The translations under genes and the position numbers were made by a program. The notes under the pieces are model-generated. The model saw only the letters and a program-made list of their open reading frames with translations, had not been told where the DNA came from and ran no database searches. From positions 480,001 through 544,000 of the forward strand of contig JBBCJC010000001.1 of assembly GCA_037189525.1 (NCBI GenBank): a DNA stretch of 64,000 nucleotides, in the 5' to 3' direction. Each line of letters begins with the position of its first letter. Within the stretch, counting starts at the first letter, position 1. Positions 48,631 to 58,489 of the stretch are shown piece by piece. The DNA comes from Gemmatimonadales bacterium. GTDB lineage: Bacteria; Gemmatimonadota; Gemmatimonadetes; Gemmatimonadales; GWC2-71-9.

Positions 48631-51294
48631 TTACCCGGTATTCCGCATTCCCGCCGCCACACCATTCACCGTGCTGAGGAAGGCCTCGAACAACCCCGGA
48701 TCGGCCCCCGGCTCGCGCAGCCGGCTCAGCACTTCGGCCTGCACGAGGTTGATGGGATCGACGTAGGGATTCCGCACGTCGATCGACCGCCGCAACACCG
48801 GATTCTCCTCCAACAAATGCTCGTGACCCGTCACCTGCAGCAACACCCGCTCGGTGCGCGCCAGATCTTCCCGCAACTCCACCCCGATCGGTTGCAGGTG
48901 TGGCGGTACCAGCACCTCGTCGTAGACCGCCGCGATGTCCGGCGAAGCCTTGGCCACCACCATCTCGATCAGGTCCAGCGTGGAACGAAAGAACGGCCAG
49001 CCCTGGTACATCGCCCTGAGTTCCGTGGCGTGTCCGGCCCCGAGCGCCTGGTCGAGCGCGGCGCCTACGCCGAGCCACGACGCGAGCAGCAAGCGCGTCT
49101 GGGTCCAGGCAAAGACCCAGGGAATCGCGCGCAGCGACTCCACGCCGCCCACTGAACGCCGGCGCGCCGGGCGGCTGCCGGTTCGCAGCTGGCCCAGCTC
49201 CAGTTCGGGCGTAGCCGTCCGGAAGTACTCGATGAACTCCGGCCTGTCATAGACGATGCTGCGGAAATGCGCCCGGGAGGCATCGGCCAGCGCCTGCATC
49301 CGTACCCGCCACGCCTCCGGCACCGCCAGCGGCTCCAGCAGCGAGGCCTCCAGCGTGGCCGTCGTATACACTTCCAAGGTACGGTCGGCGATTGCCGGCA
49401 AGCCGAACTTGGCGTCCACCATTTCGCCCTGCTCGGTGACGCGGATGGTGCCGTCGATGGAGCCCGGCGGTTGCGACTGAATGGCCAGGTGCGTAGGGCC
49501 ACCGCCCCGACCGACCGATCCGCCACGACCGTGAAACAGGGTCAGCCGCACACCCTGCTTCCGCGCCACGGCGACCAGACGTTCCTGCGCAGCGTAGAGT
49601 TCCCACGCGGCGGCGAGCCGGCCGCCGTCCTTGGCGGAATCGGAGTAGCCGATCATGACCTCCATGGCACCGCCTACCCGCTCTCGATACCACGGCAGCA
49701 GCAACAGCGCCTCCACGATCGCCGCCGCATGCTGCAGGTCGTCGACGGTCTCGAAGAGCGGCACCACCCGAAGCGGCGGCGCGAGCCCCGCCCCCTCCTG
49801 CAGCGCGCACACGGCGAGCATATCGGAGGGCCTTGCCGCCATCGAGATCACATACGCACCGAGGGCATCGCGCGGAAGGGTCGCGGCGGTACGGAAGGTG
49901 TCGAGCGCATCGTCGACATCATCGCTGAACCGTGCGCCTGTTGCGAAAGCTTCGGCAATGACCCCGGTCGCTCCGCTCAGTTCCCCCTGCAGGAACTCTT
50001 GACGCGCCCTCTCGTCCCAGGCGCGGTAGGAGCCGAGCCCGGCAGCCGTCGTGATCGCATCGAGCGCCTCGGTATGGCGGCCCGCCTCCTGCCGCAGATC
50101 GAGCGGAGCGAGCGAGATCCCGAAGCTCGGAATCCGGCGCAGGATGTCGAGCAGGCGCCCGTCGGCCACGCGCGCCGCGCCGGTTTCATGCAACGAGCGG
50201 TAGCAGAGCTGGAGCGGTTCGGCCAGCTCCGCCGCGTCGGCGTAGTCGTCGGGGTGGGGTGTATAGGGCGACCCCGACTCCAGCAGGGCGGTCATTCGGT
50301 CGCGCATGACAAGGAGGCGGGCAACCACGGGCTTGAGCAGCGCGCGATACGGCTCCGGCGCGCTGCCCACCCTGCCCCGCAGCTCACCATTGGCCCGGCC
50401 CATCGACAGCTCGCTGCGCAGGGATTTGATTTCCTGGCGGTACAGGTCGACGGCCATCCAACGCGCCAGCATCACGGCCTGCGCTGTTACCAGCGGAGTG
50501 ACATTCGGATTGCCGTCTCGGTCGCCGCCGATCCAGCTGCCGAACCGAAGGGGGGCCGCGCTCAGCGGCAGTCCATGACCGGTGGCCATCTGCAGCGCGC
50601 GGTCGATTTCGCGCAGCGAGCGCGGTACCGCGTCCCACAGGGTGCCTTCGAACGACACCAGCCCCCACTTCACCTCGTCGAACGGCGTCGGTGCCTGACG
50701 CCGGACCTCGTTTGTCAGCCAGAGGCTGGTCACTTCGGCCGCGAGCGCACGGGTCAGCTCCTCGCGTTCACCAGGCGTCAGATCGGTGCGATCGCGCTCG
50801 CCCAGAAGCTCAGCGATCCGCCGCTGAGTGCGCCTGACGGTACGACGGACCACTTCGGTCGGATGCGCCGTGATGACGAGCTCCACGTGCAGCGAGCCCA
50901 CCGCCGCGTGGAGTTCCTCGGGGGTCACCCCGGCGCCGAGCAGTCGCCGAAAACTCTCGGTCAGGGAGCCTCGTTGCGGCGGCTGGTCGGGGGTGCGCAG
51001 ATAGTCGCGGCGGCGGCGGATGCGGTGGTGCTGTTCGGCAATGTTGGCCAGGCCGAGGAAATGGGCAAAGGCGCGGGCCACTGTCAGCGACTGCGGCGTC
51101 GAGAGCGCCTGCAGAGTGCGAGTCAGCTCCTCACGCGCCACCCTGCCGCCGCGGGCATCCTTGGCCAGGACGCGCACGCGTTCGACCGTCTCGAACAGCG
51201 CGTCGCCCTCCTGCTCGCGCAGCGTGGCGCCGAGCAGCTCGCCGAGGAGGCGGACGTCGGCGTGGAGGGGGGCGTGGGGGGAGGCAACGGACAT
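48631..51294 (-). CDS. ppc: Phosphoenolpyruvate carboxylase
   Basis: TAHPTE, SWIGGDRDGNP, MIGYSDSAKDGG, FHGRGGSVGRGG, LRAIPW, terminal MRNTG. Confidence 0.98.
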   Translation of the reverse strand: MSVASPHAPLHADVRLLGELLGATLREQEGDALFETVERVRVLAKDARGGRVAREELTRTLQALSTPQSLTVARAFAHFLGLANIAEQHHRIRRRRDYLRTPDQPPQRGSLTESFRRLLGAGVTPEELHAAVGSLHVELVITAHPTEVVRRTVRRTQRRIAELLGERDRTDLTPGEREELTRALAAEVTSLWLTNEVRRQAPTPFDEVKWGLVSFEGTLWDAVPRSLREIDRALQMATGHGLPLSAAPLRFGSWIGGDRDGNPNVTPLVTAQAVMLARWMAVDLYRQEIKSLRSELSMGRANGELRGRVGSAPEPYRALLKPVVARLLVMRDRMTALLESGSPYTPHPDDYADAAELAEPLQLCYRSLHETGAARVADGRLLDILRRIPSFGISLAPLDLRQEAGRHTEALDAITTAAGLGSYRAWDERARQEFLQGELSGATGVIAEAFATGARFSDDVDDALDTFRTAATLPRDALGAYVISMAARPSDMLAVCALQEGAGLAPPLRVVPLFETVDDLQHAAAIVEALLLLPWYRERVGGAMEVMIGYSDSAKDGGRLAAAWELYAAQERLVAVARKQGVRLTLFHGRGGSVGRGGGPTHLAIQSQPPGSIDGTIRVTEQGEMVDAKFGLPAIADRTLEVYTTATLEASLLEPLAVPEAWRVRMQALADASRAHFRSIVYDRPEFIEYFRTATPELELGQLRTGSRPARRRSVGGVESLRAIPWVFAWTQTRLLLASWLGVGAALDQALGAGHATELRAMYQGWPFFRSTLDLIEMVVAKASPDIAAVYDEVLVPPHLQPIGVELREDLARTERVLLQVTGHEHLLEENPVLRRSIDVRNPYVDPINLVQAEVLSRLREPGADPGLFEAFLSTVNGVAAGMRNTG

Positions 51295-51530
51295 GGTGGC
51301 CCAATCGAAGCTCGGTACGTACAACCAACGTGGATCGAGGGGCGCTGGCAAGTTTTCGATGGGAGAACCAGGGGGGGGGGAGCGCGACATCCCTGAGCGT
51401 TCACCGACTTTCGGCCAGCGCGGCGGAACGCGCTGCCAGCACGTGGATGAACGGATCGGCGCGTTCCGAATCTGGTGGGAGCCACTCAAACGGGAACTCG
51501 AATCGATCCGCCGCTCCCGTCCCAGCCAGT

Positions 51531-53309
51531 CTACCGACCGCTGACGGCACCTCGCTTGGGCCACGTCACCGGCGACTGCGCGTGACGCGTCATCGAGACG
51601 ACTTTGCCGGACGCATCCCGGTTGAAGATGATGGCGACGTTCGGCGAATCCCGGACATGCCAGTGATCCGCCTGCCGAGAGGAGCGTAGCGGGGCGACTC
51701 CGCCGTTCGGCGCGCGAATCCCGAGCACGCCGTCCTGCACGATCACCTCGACGTCATTTTCCGAGCCGGTCACCTGGTACCGGCCCGCCGCGTCGGCCAG
51801 CTCGGCCGAGGACGCCACGCGATCCGCAGCGAGCGAATCCGCCAGCGGCGAACCGACCCGCGGCACGTCGTACGCCTTGTCGCCCTGATAAAACACGAGC
51901 TTGCCGGCAGGCGCGCCTTCGCTGGGCTCGAAGGCCACCTGCAGCCCCTGGCGGGCAATCTCGGCCCCCCAGCGCTTCGCGTCTTCGAGCCAGACCAGGT
52001 CGAATGGGAGCCGGCTCGGCACGTCGAGCACCAGCTTGCCGTTGCGCCAGAGGACTTCGAAGACTTCCTTCTGGAACGGCCCGAAGTTGGCCACGTAGCG
52101 ACCGACGTACCCCTGGTACGCCACCGGCACCGGCTCGGCAGCGGCGCCGGGATTGATCAGAAAACGCTCGAGCGCCTCCTCGAATCGAAGCGGCGTGGTG
52201 CCGCCGCGTGACTGCGTGAAGTAGAACACCATCAGGTTGCGATCGGGCCAGGCCCACGCATTGGTGCCATCCGACCCGCTGTGCCCCAGAATGCGAACCC
52301 GATCGGGATGGCCCTGCTCGACGTGCAGCACGGCCATCTGCCCGTACCAGACCTCGAGCCCGCGGAACGAGGTCGGCACTCGCGCATCATTGCCCAGCAT
52401 CGACATCGGCGATGCCGGCGTCGTCTGCCGCAGAACGGCTTCCTTGGACAGGAGCTGGCGATTCCCTACCCGCCCACTGTCCACCCAGAGCTGGAGAAAC
52501 TTCGCATAGTCCCGCGGGGTCGAGTAGAGCGTCTGCGATCCCCAGGCGAAGGGATAGAGCGCCTTGCCATCCGCGGGATTCCAGAAGCGGATCCACGACC
52601 CCCCGGACGCGATATAGGGGCTCGCGATCCGCCCCCAGCGAGGATCGCCGGCATCGGTGCCGAAGAACGTGTCCGTCATGCCCAGCGGCTCGAGCAACTC
52701 GCTGCGCACGAACTCGGCGAAGGGCCGCCCGCTCGCGACCTGGACCAGCGCTGCCGCCACATCGGTCCCCGCATCGCTGTACCAGAACTTGCTGTCGGGG
52801 GCGTGAGCCGGTCCCTGCTCACCAATCGCGTTCACCTGGGCCAGGAGGTTCGGAAACTGGTCGAGGCGTTCGAGGACGATGGTGAGCGGCAGGCCAGCCC
52901 GGTGCGTCAGCACCTGCCGGACGGTGATCGCGCGGGAGCGGTCGTTGTCGAAGCTGGGCAGGTACTTGCTGACGGGATCATCGAGCGAGAGCTTGCCGCG
53001 ATCGATCAGAAGCTGCGCGGCCGCACCGGTAAGCGGCTTGGTCATCGACCGGATGTTGGAGATGGTGCCGACAGTCCAGGGTCGCTTCGACTCGCGGTCG
53101 GCCAGACCATGCGACTGGTGCAGCAGCACCTTGCCGTCGTAGAGCACCAGCAGCTCACCGCCGACCGCGAACCCCTGCGCCACATAGGAGGCGACGACGG
53201 AATCGAGGGCCTCGAGCGCCGCTGGGGCGGGCGGAGCTGGGGCCTGGGCAGCCGCGACACCCGCAAACAGCGAAAACAACACTCCGGAAAGGGCGAACGA
53301 CCGGCACAT
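51531..53309 (-). CDS. Secreted serine hydrolase (beta-lactamase family) with C-terminal extension
   Basis: RSMTK (SxxK), LTHRAGL, YSD, HSG; signal peptide. Confidence 0.85.
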   Translation of the reverse strand: MCRSFALSGVLFSLFAGVAAAQAPAPPAPAALEALDSVVASYVAQGFAVGGELLVLYDGKVLLHQSHGLADRESKRPWTVGTISNIRSMTKPLTGAAAQLLIDRGKLSLDDPVSKYLPSFDNDRSRAITVRQVLTHRAGLPLTIVLERLDQFPNLLAQVNAIGEQGPAHAPDSKFWYSDAGTDVAAALVQVASGRPFAEFVRSELLEPLGMTDTFFGTDAGDPRWGRIASPYIASGGSWIRFWNPADGKALYPFAWGSQTLYSTPRDYAKFLQLWVDSGRVGNRQLLSKEAVLRQTTPASPMSMLGNDARVPTSFRGLEVWYGQMAVLHVEQGHPDRVRILGHSGSDGTNAWAWPDRNLMVFYFTQSRGGTTPLRFEEALERFLINPGAAAEPVPVAYQGYVGRYVANFGPFQKEVFEVLWRNGKLVLDVPSRLPFDLVWLEDAKRWGAEIARQGLQVAFEPSEGAPAGKLVFYQGDKAYDVPRVGSPLADSLAADRVASSAELADAAGRYQVTGSENDVEVIVQDGVLGIRAPNGGVAPLRSSRQADHWHVRDSPNVAIIFNRDASGKVVSMTRHAQSPVTWPKRGAVSGR

Positions 53310-53345
53310 GACTGGCACTCCCTCCAAGCCGACAGGAACATCGCT

Positions 53346-53368
53346 TAATTGCGCAATTGATTGTACAT
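53346..53368. promoter_or_regulatory. Candidate MarR operator
   Basis: AT-rich palindromes aattgcgcaatt and tgcgcaat-tg-attgtaca between the divergent hydrolase and MarR genes. Confidence 0.45.
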
Positions 53369-53484
53369 TGTGGGAAACAAAAGCGCAAATGACCGTCCCT
53401 CGGTGATATGTTCGCTGGTGGATGAGAGTCGGTCGCAGGTACTACCCGCGGAATACAGCATCCCAAACGGAGTCGAGCCGCCAG

Positions 53485-53988
53485 ATGAATGAGATCCCCT
53501 TCTTCGCAACCACTTCGGCTTTCGCGATGCGGGTCGGCCAACTCGCCACGACGCTCTATGACCAAATGGACGCGAGCCTGGCGGCCTACGGCATCGAGCT
53601 GCCGGGCTACACCACGAGCATCGTCCAGAGCCTTTACCACGGCGGACCGCAGTCGATTTCGGACCTTGCCCAGCAACTGGAGCTCTCCCACCAGCTCGCC
53701 TCGCAACGCGTCAACTGGCTGGTGAGACAAGGATTCGCGACCAGCGTCTCCGGCGCCGAGGATCGGCGCACCCGGATCGTGAGCCTGAGCCGCGCCGGCC
53801 GAGCCCAGGCGGCGAAGCTTCAGGAGTTCCTGCCGATCCTCGCGCAGGCGTACGGCGACCTGTTCGAGGAGATCGGCGTCGACCTGCACGACGCGACGGT
53901 ACGCGCGTCTGTCGCGCTCAGCGGGCGATCGCTCGCGGAACGGTTCAGCCATCCGGCGGCCATGGCTGGCAAGACTCCACGGCCCTAA
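53485..53988 (+). CDS. MarR-family transcriptional regulator
   Basis: SISDLAQQLELSH HTH and EDRRTRIVSLSRAG wing. Confidence 0.88.
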   Translation: MNEIPFFATTSAFAMRVGQLATTLYDQMDASLAAYGIELPGYTTSIVQSLYHGGPQSISDLAQQLELSHQLASQRVNWLVRQGFATSVSGAEDRRTRIVSLSRAGRAQAAKLQEFLPILAQAYGDLFEEIGVDLHDATVRASVALSGRSLAERFSHPAAMAGKTPRP

Positions 53989-53994
53989 AAAGAC

Positions 53995-55491
53995 TCAGTA
54001 CACCACAGGCCTCGGCGTAGCGCTGTTGACGGTCGAGCCGTCGCCGAGTTGGCCAGAGGTGTTGGCGCCCCAGCAGGAAGTCAGCGGCTCGGTGAACCTC
54101 AACACACAGCCGTGCTGTAATCCCGCTCCAACCTGCCAAGCATCCGCCACGCCCACGACACGTTGCGGCAGATTGCTATTGCCGGTCGCGCCGCCAAGGC
54201 CGAGTTGCCCCTCGAAATTCTTCCCCCAGCAGTAGACCATCTGATCGGTCGCCAGGCCACAGGTGTGCTCCGCACCGGCGCTGATCCCGGCAAAGAGCAC
54301 ACCGCCCCCCACGCGAGTCGGAACGGTTCGGTTGGTTTCCGTTCCGTCGCCGAGCTGGCCATAGAAGTTATTTCCCCAGCAATACGCTTCGCCGTTTCCA
54401 GTAACACCACAACTATGGACGCTCCCGGTACTGACTGCCGTGAACTCGATGTCTCCGGCAACCGCCGTGGGCGGAGTAGCCAGGTCACTGGTGCTGCCGA
54501 TGCCGAGTTGGCCGCGATGGTTCGCGCCCCAACAATAGGCGGTGCCGTCAGTCGTCACTCCGCAGGTGTGATTGCCTCCGACGCTGGCCGAGACGAAGCT
54601 CAATGCGCCGGCAACACGAACAGGGACCGTTCGAGCGCTTTGGGTTCCGTCGCCCAACTGCCCCGCATTGTTGTTGCCCCAGCAATACAGTTCGCTCGGA
54701 AAGGTGGTCAAGCCGCAGGTGTGAGTCGAACCCGCGCTCAGCCGGGCGAAGGTAAGACCGCCTGATACGGGAACCGGTGCGAGGCGGGCGTCCACCTCCG
54801 TTCCATCGCCCAGCGTCCCGCCCACGTTAGCCCCCCAGCAATAGGCGGTGCCGCTGGTGGTGACCGCGCAAACGTGGTTGCCACCCGCGCTCAGGCTGAC
54901 GAATTGTGGCTGCGGATCCGGGATCGCAATCGGGCTCGGCAAGGGCCTCGCCGTCGTCGTCCCATCGCCAAGTTCGCCCGAGCGATTATTCCCCCAGCAT
55001 TGGACAACGCCTCCCCTGTCGATCCCGCAGGTAAACTCCCCGCCCGGGCTGATGGCGTCGAGGGTCATCGGAGCGACCACCCGAAACGGCGCGCTGGTGG
55101 CACTCGTCAAGGATGTGGCGGACGCGACGAGGGTGTAGCCGGCGCCGCGCTGATCGAGCCGGAGATTCGGGAAGGTGGCCTTGCCCGCTACCGCGGCGGC
55201 CGTCATTGCGCCGGTCAACGCGGCCCCACCGGGATTGGCGCCAAGGCTGATGGCGACGGTCCCGGTCGCCGTGGTCACTGGAGCCCCGGCCGCATCCCGG
55301 AGTTCGACCTCGACCGGCGGCGTGATCGGCTCTCCGGCCAGAGTGGTTCCGGGTCCGACCACAATCACCAACTGCGTGGGAGCGGGAGGGGGTGGTGGCG
55401 GAGGAACCGGCGGTGGCGGCGGGGTAGGCCCTTCCCCACCGCACGCCACAACAGACAGCAGTACGAGTACGCTCCGCCAGTGCCGGACCAT
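53995..55491 (-). CDS. RCC1-repeat lipoprotein
   Basis: Lipobox VVAC, poly-Pro linker, seven HTCG...YCWG.N..GQLGDG repeats. Confidence 0.9.
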   Translation of the reverse strand: MVRHWRSVLVLLSVVACGGEGPTPPPPPVPPPPPPPAPTQLVIVVGPGTTLAGEPITPPVEVELRDAAGAPVTTATGTVAISLGANPGGAALTGAMTAAAVAGKATFPNLRLDQRGAGYTLVASATSLTSATSAPFRVVAPMTLDAISPGGEFTCGIDRGGVVQCWGNNRSGELGDGTTTARPLPSPIAIPDPQPQFVSLSAGGNHVCAVTTSGTAYCWGANVGGTLGDGTEVDARLAPVPVSGGLTFARLSAGSTHTCGLTTFPSELYCWGNNNAGQLGDGTQSARTVPVRVAGALSFVSASVGGNHTCGVTTDGTAYCWGANHRGQLGIGSTSDLATPPTAVAGDIEFTAVSTGSVHSCGVTGNGEAYCWGNNFYGQLGDGTETNRTVPTRVGGGVLFAGISAGAEHTCGLATDQMVYCWGKNFEGQLGLGGATGNSNLPQRVVGVADAWQVGAGLQHGCVLRFTEPLTSCWGANTSGQLGDGSTVNSATPRPVVY

Positions 55492-55552
55492 AGGGGCCTA
55501 TCCTTCGTTTACTTGAGACGTTTGCCTAAGACGCGCTCGACCGGCGGGGTAC

Positions 55553-55634
55553 TTGGAATGACAACGGTACGAACCAACTGGGATCAACTTTCCAGCTGAC
55601 GGACCCGGCGCTCTACTAGCTGAGCTACATCACA
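55553..55634 (-). pseudogene. Degenerate tRNA-like copy related to the adjacent tRNA-Asn
   Basis: tgtgatgtagctcagctagtagagcgccgggtccgtcagctggaaagttg aligns with the tRNA-Asn 5' two-thirds; distorted anticodon and T arms. Confidence 0.55.
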
Positions 55635-55710
55635 AAATGTGGGGAGAATACCCGCCCCCCGCAATACGGGGCGTTGGAGTGGAACGGGTAGATCCTGAAA
55701 GTCGAGGAAG

Positions 55711-55783
55711 CTGGGGCGGCAGGTTTCGAACCTGCAACCTTCCGGTTAACAGCCGGACGCTCTGCCAGTTGAGCTACACCCCA
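55711..55783 (-). tRNA. tRNA-Asn (GTT)
   Basis: TGGGGTG/CGCCCCA acceptor stem, GCTC/GAGC D arm, tccgg-CTGTTAA-ccgga anticodon arm, gcagg-TTCGAAA-cctgc T arm; CCA not encoded. Confidence 0.96.
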
Positions 55784-55896
55784 AGGAGCACGCAGGTTAA
55801 CCGGGACCCCGGAGCCCCGTCAACTAGGGATAACCCGGTCGTGACGGCCGATTCTCGCTCCGGGCGAATATGTCTATCCCAATACGCCGCAACAGG

Positions 55897-56133
55897 ATGC
55901 CCCCTGCCGCTCCGGCCGACCCCGATCCCGTCCCCATAATCGATCAAACGGATCCCAATTCCCCGGTACCACCGGGCGAAGAGACGATTCCGCGGCATTC
56001 CTTGCTGGCAGTATCGCCCCCGCGTAGACTAGTCAGCACCGACCGTTTTTTTCTGAGCGCGGACCATCGCGCGCACCTTGCGAAGGTCGCGGCCCGCCGC
56101 ACACTTCGCACTGCCTGGGAGCGAAGCGGCTGA
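55897..56133 (+). CDS. Small hypothetical protein
   Basis: ATG after AGG; stop codon overlaps the likely CTG start of the next gene. Confidence 0.45.
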   Translation: MPPAAPADPDPVPIIDQTDPNSPVPPGEETIPRHSLLAVSPPRRLVSTDRFFLSADHRAHLAKVAARRTLRTAWERSG

Positions 56134-56750
56134 CCACCCACGCCATCATCCTCGCCGCCGGGGCCGGGACCCGTTTCGGTTCCGGCGGCGCCAAACTGCT
56201 CACACCGTGGCGGGGACGGCCGCTGGTCGGGCACGTGCTCACCACCCTGGCCCGCGCCGTCAAAGACCGGATCATCACCGGCGGCGTGCTCGTCTACGGA
56301 CCTGGCGGCGACGTCCTCCGCGACCTGGCCACCAGCGCCGGCTTCGATGCGGTGCAAGCCAGCCGCGCCGGACAGGGTATTTCGGAGAGTCTCAAGGCCG
56401 GCATCGTCACCCTGGCCGCGACGACCACGCCCCGGGACGTTCGCTCGGCGCTGATCTGCCTGGGCGATCAACCCCTGCTCCGGCTCGAGACCATCGCCGC
56501 CGTGGTGGCCGCCAGCGGCGAAGGCGGTACCCGCCTGGTGCGCGCCCGCTACCGCGACGACCCGGACCATCCCGGCCATCCGGTCCAGGTCGGTCGCGCC
56601 CACTGGCACCTGATCACCGAAACCGAGGGCGACCGCGGCCTCGATCCGATCGTCCGCGCCCACGGCCTGGCCTGGCGCGAGGTCGAGGTGGACGGGTCCA
56701 ACCCCGACGTCGACACCCAGGCTGACCTGGATCGCCTCGAGCACCTCTGA
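56130..56750 (+). CDS. MocA/MobA-like nucleotidyltransferase
   Basis: In-frame AIILAAGAGTRFG...KLL upstream of the ORF-track start; CLGDQP, GHPV, GDRG, DVDT..D; CTG start. Confidence 0.85.
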   Translation: MTTHAIILAAGAGTRFGSGGAKLLTPWRGRPLVGHVLTTLARAVKDRIITGGVLVYGPGGDVLRDLATSAGFDAVQASRAGQGISESLKAGIVTLAATTTPRDVRSALICLGDQPLLRLETIAAVVAASGEGGTRLVRARYRDDPDHPGHPVQVGRAHWHLITETEGDRGLDPIVRAHGLAWREVEVDGSNPDVDTQADLDRLEHL

Positions 56751-56758
56751 TCGTCAGT

Positions 56759-56795
56759 TTGATCGGACATATACATACAATTGACCGGACCTTTC
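56759..56795 (+). promoter_or_regulatory. Direct-repeat site TTGATCGGAC / TTGACCGGAC upstream of esterase copy 2
   Basis: Repeats start at 56759 and 56781; conserved with 1842 and 1865. Confidence 0.5.
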
Positions 56796-56850
56796 GCACG
56801 CGTGGAGCACGCGCTACCTTCTGACGATCCCTTCCCGTCCGAGGCAAACG

Positions 56851-58488
56851 TTGCCGTTCTTGCTCCGCTCGCTGGCCATCATCCTGATCGCCCTTGCACT
56901 AACGACTGCTGTCGGTCAGGCTGCTCCACGCTTCGAAGTGACCATCGCCCCAACCGCTCATGCCGGCCCGCTGACCGGCCGGCTCATCGTGGCCGTTTCC
57001 AAGAATGACCAGGTCGAGCCGCGGTTCCAGGTCGCCCCGGGCGGCCCCGCCATCTTCGGCGTCGATCTCGAAGGCGCCAGGCCGGGCACGACGATTACCG
57101 TCGACAACAAAGCCATCGGATACCCGATGAGCCTGGCGGAGCTACCAGCCGGCGACTACTGGGTGCAGGCGGTAGTCATGGTGTATTCGGAAGTCCATCG
57201 CGCAGACGGCCACACCCTGTGGCTCCCGATGAACGACGGCCGGATCGAATCGTTCCATAGCGCGGCGGGCAATCTGATAAGCGAGGTCCAGAAGGTGCGC
57301 ATCGACGGCGGGAGCCGGCCGATCCGCATTGCAGTCAACCGCGTACTGCCAAAGCTTCCGCGTCCGACCGATACGGAATGGGTCAAACGGATCACCGTCC
57401 AGAGTAAGAAGCTCACCGCCTTCTGGGGCCGGCCGACCTACATTCACGCCGCCGTCCTCTTACCCAGAGGGTATGCGGAGGAACCGAATCGGCGATATCC
57501 GGCGATCTATACACTCGGGCACGGCGTCCCCTTTCAGTTCCGCACCGATTCGGTCGGCCAGGGGATCGGGCAAATCAACCCCATTACCGGTACCGAAACC
57601 GGCTTCGATTTTCACAAGGCATGGATTCGCGACGACTTTCCGCGCGTCATCGTGATCACCCTGGAACAACAGACGCCCTTTTTCCCGGACTCCTACTCGA
57701 TCAACTCGGCCAACAACGGCCCGTACGGAGACGCGGTCGTCGAAGAGGTGATTCCCGAGCTCGAGCGGCAATTCCGGATCATCGCCGAGCCGTATGCCCG
57801 GCATCTGGAGGGCGCGTCGACCAGCGGCTGGCAGACGCTCGCTCTGCAACTGCACTACCCCGACTACTTCGGGGGCGCCTGGATCTTCCAACCCGATCCG
57901 ATCGATTTCGCCCGCCACCAGCTGATCGACATCTATCGGGACGAGAACGCATTCACCATCCCGGTCGGACAGTTCATCACGGCGGAGCGGTGGATGCGCC
58001 GCACCGTCGAGGGGCAGCCGATCTGGAGTGTCCGCCAAATGAGCCGCTTCGAGGCCGTGCTCGGCTCAAAGGGGCGCTCCGGCAGGCAATTCCAGGCCTG
58101 GGAGGCCGTCTATGGACCGACCGGACCGGATGGCTACCCGAAACCGCTCTGGGATCCGCTCACCGGCGTGATCGACAAGTCGGTTGCCGCATACTGGAAG
58201 GAGCACGGCTACGATCTGCGCGACTACGCCGAGCGTAACTGGGCCACGCTCGGCCCCAAACTGGCGGGCAAGCTGCGCTTCTTTCTCCCGGACATGGACG
58301 ACTTCTACCTCAATCTCGCCATGTACCGGTTCGAGGATTTCCTGAAACGGGCGGAGGGCCCGAAGAGCGACGCGGAGTTCATCTACGGACGTCCGCTGAA
58401 GGGACACAGCTGGCATCCGTACCCCTGGGCGGAGCTGGTCCGCCGGTTTGCCGCCACGGTCGAGCACAACGCACCTCGGAGCCGTTAG
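56851..58488 (+). CDS. Secreted alpha/beta hydrolase (putative esterase family), copy 2
   Basis: Collinear, highly similar paralogue of 1937-3568. Confidence 0.82.
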   Translation: MPFLLRSLAIILIALALTTAVGQAAPRFEVTIAPTAHAGPLTGRLIVAVSKNDQVEPRFQVAPGGPAIFGVDLEGARPGTTITVDNKAIGYPMSLAELPAGDYWVQAVVMVYSEVHRADGHTLWLPMNDGRIESFHSAAGNLISEVQKVRIDGGSRPIRIAVNRVLPKLPRPTDTEWVKRITVQSKKLTAFWGRPTYIHAAVLLPRGYAEEPNRRYPAIYTLGHGVPFQFRTDSVGQGIGQINPITGTETGFDFHKAWIRDDFPRVIVITLEQQTPFFPDSYSINSANNGPYGDAVVEEVIPELERQFRIIAEPYARHLEGASTSGWQTLALQLHYPDYFGGAWIFQPDPIDFARHQLIDIYRDENAFTIPVGQFITAERWMRRTVEGQPIWSVRQMSRFEAVLGSKGRSGRQFQAWEAVYGPTGPDGYPKPLWDPLTGVIDKSVAAYWKEHGYDLRDYAERNWATLGPKLAGKLRFFLPDMDDFYLNLAMYRFEDFLKRAEGPKSDAEFIYGRPLKGHSWHPYPWAELVRRFAATVEHNAPRSR

Positions 58489-58489
58489 G

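Noticed and set aside
51371..51380. G10 tract upstream of ppc as a phase-variation switch
   Set aside because: Outside the likely CDS and not between recognisable -35/-10 boxes; may be chance or a homopolymer artefact
1955..51396. Long antisense ORFs (1955-3946, 5468-7120, 10892-12340, 26269-27693, 49267-51396 and others)
   Set aside because: Shadows of well-supported genes on the opposite strand in high-GC DNA; no motifs of their own
51295..51564. N-terminal extensions given by the ORF track (ppc, pafB, 13355-14350, amidohydrolase, dipeptidase)
   Set aside because: Extensions overlap neighbouring genes or promoters; downstream starts fit RBS position or family N-termini better
55711..55735. 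attL/attR duplication of the tRNA-Asn 3' end bounding an island
   Set aside because: No second copy of the 3' end found by eye in the window; an exact search would settle it
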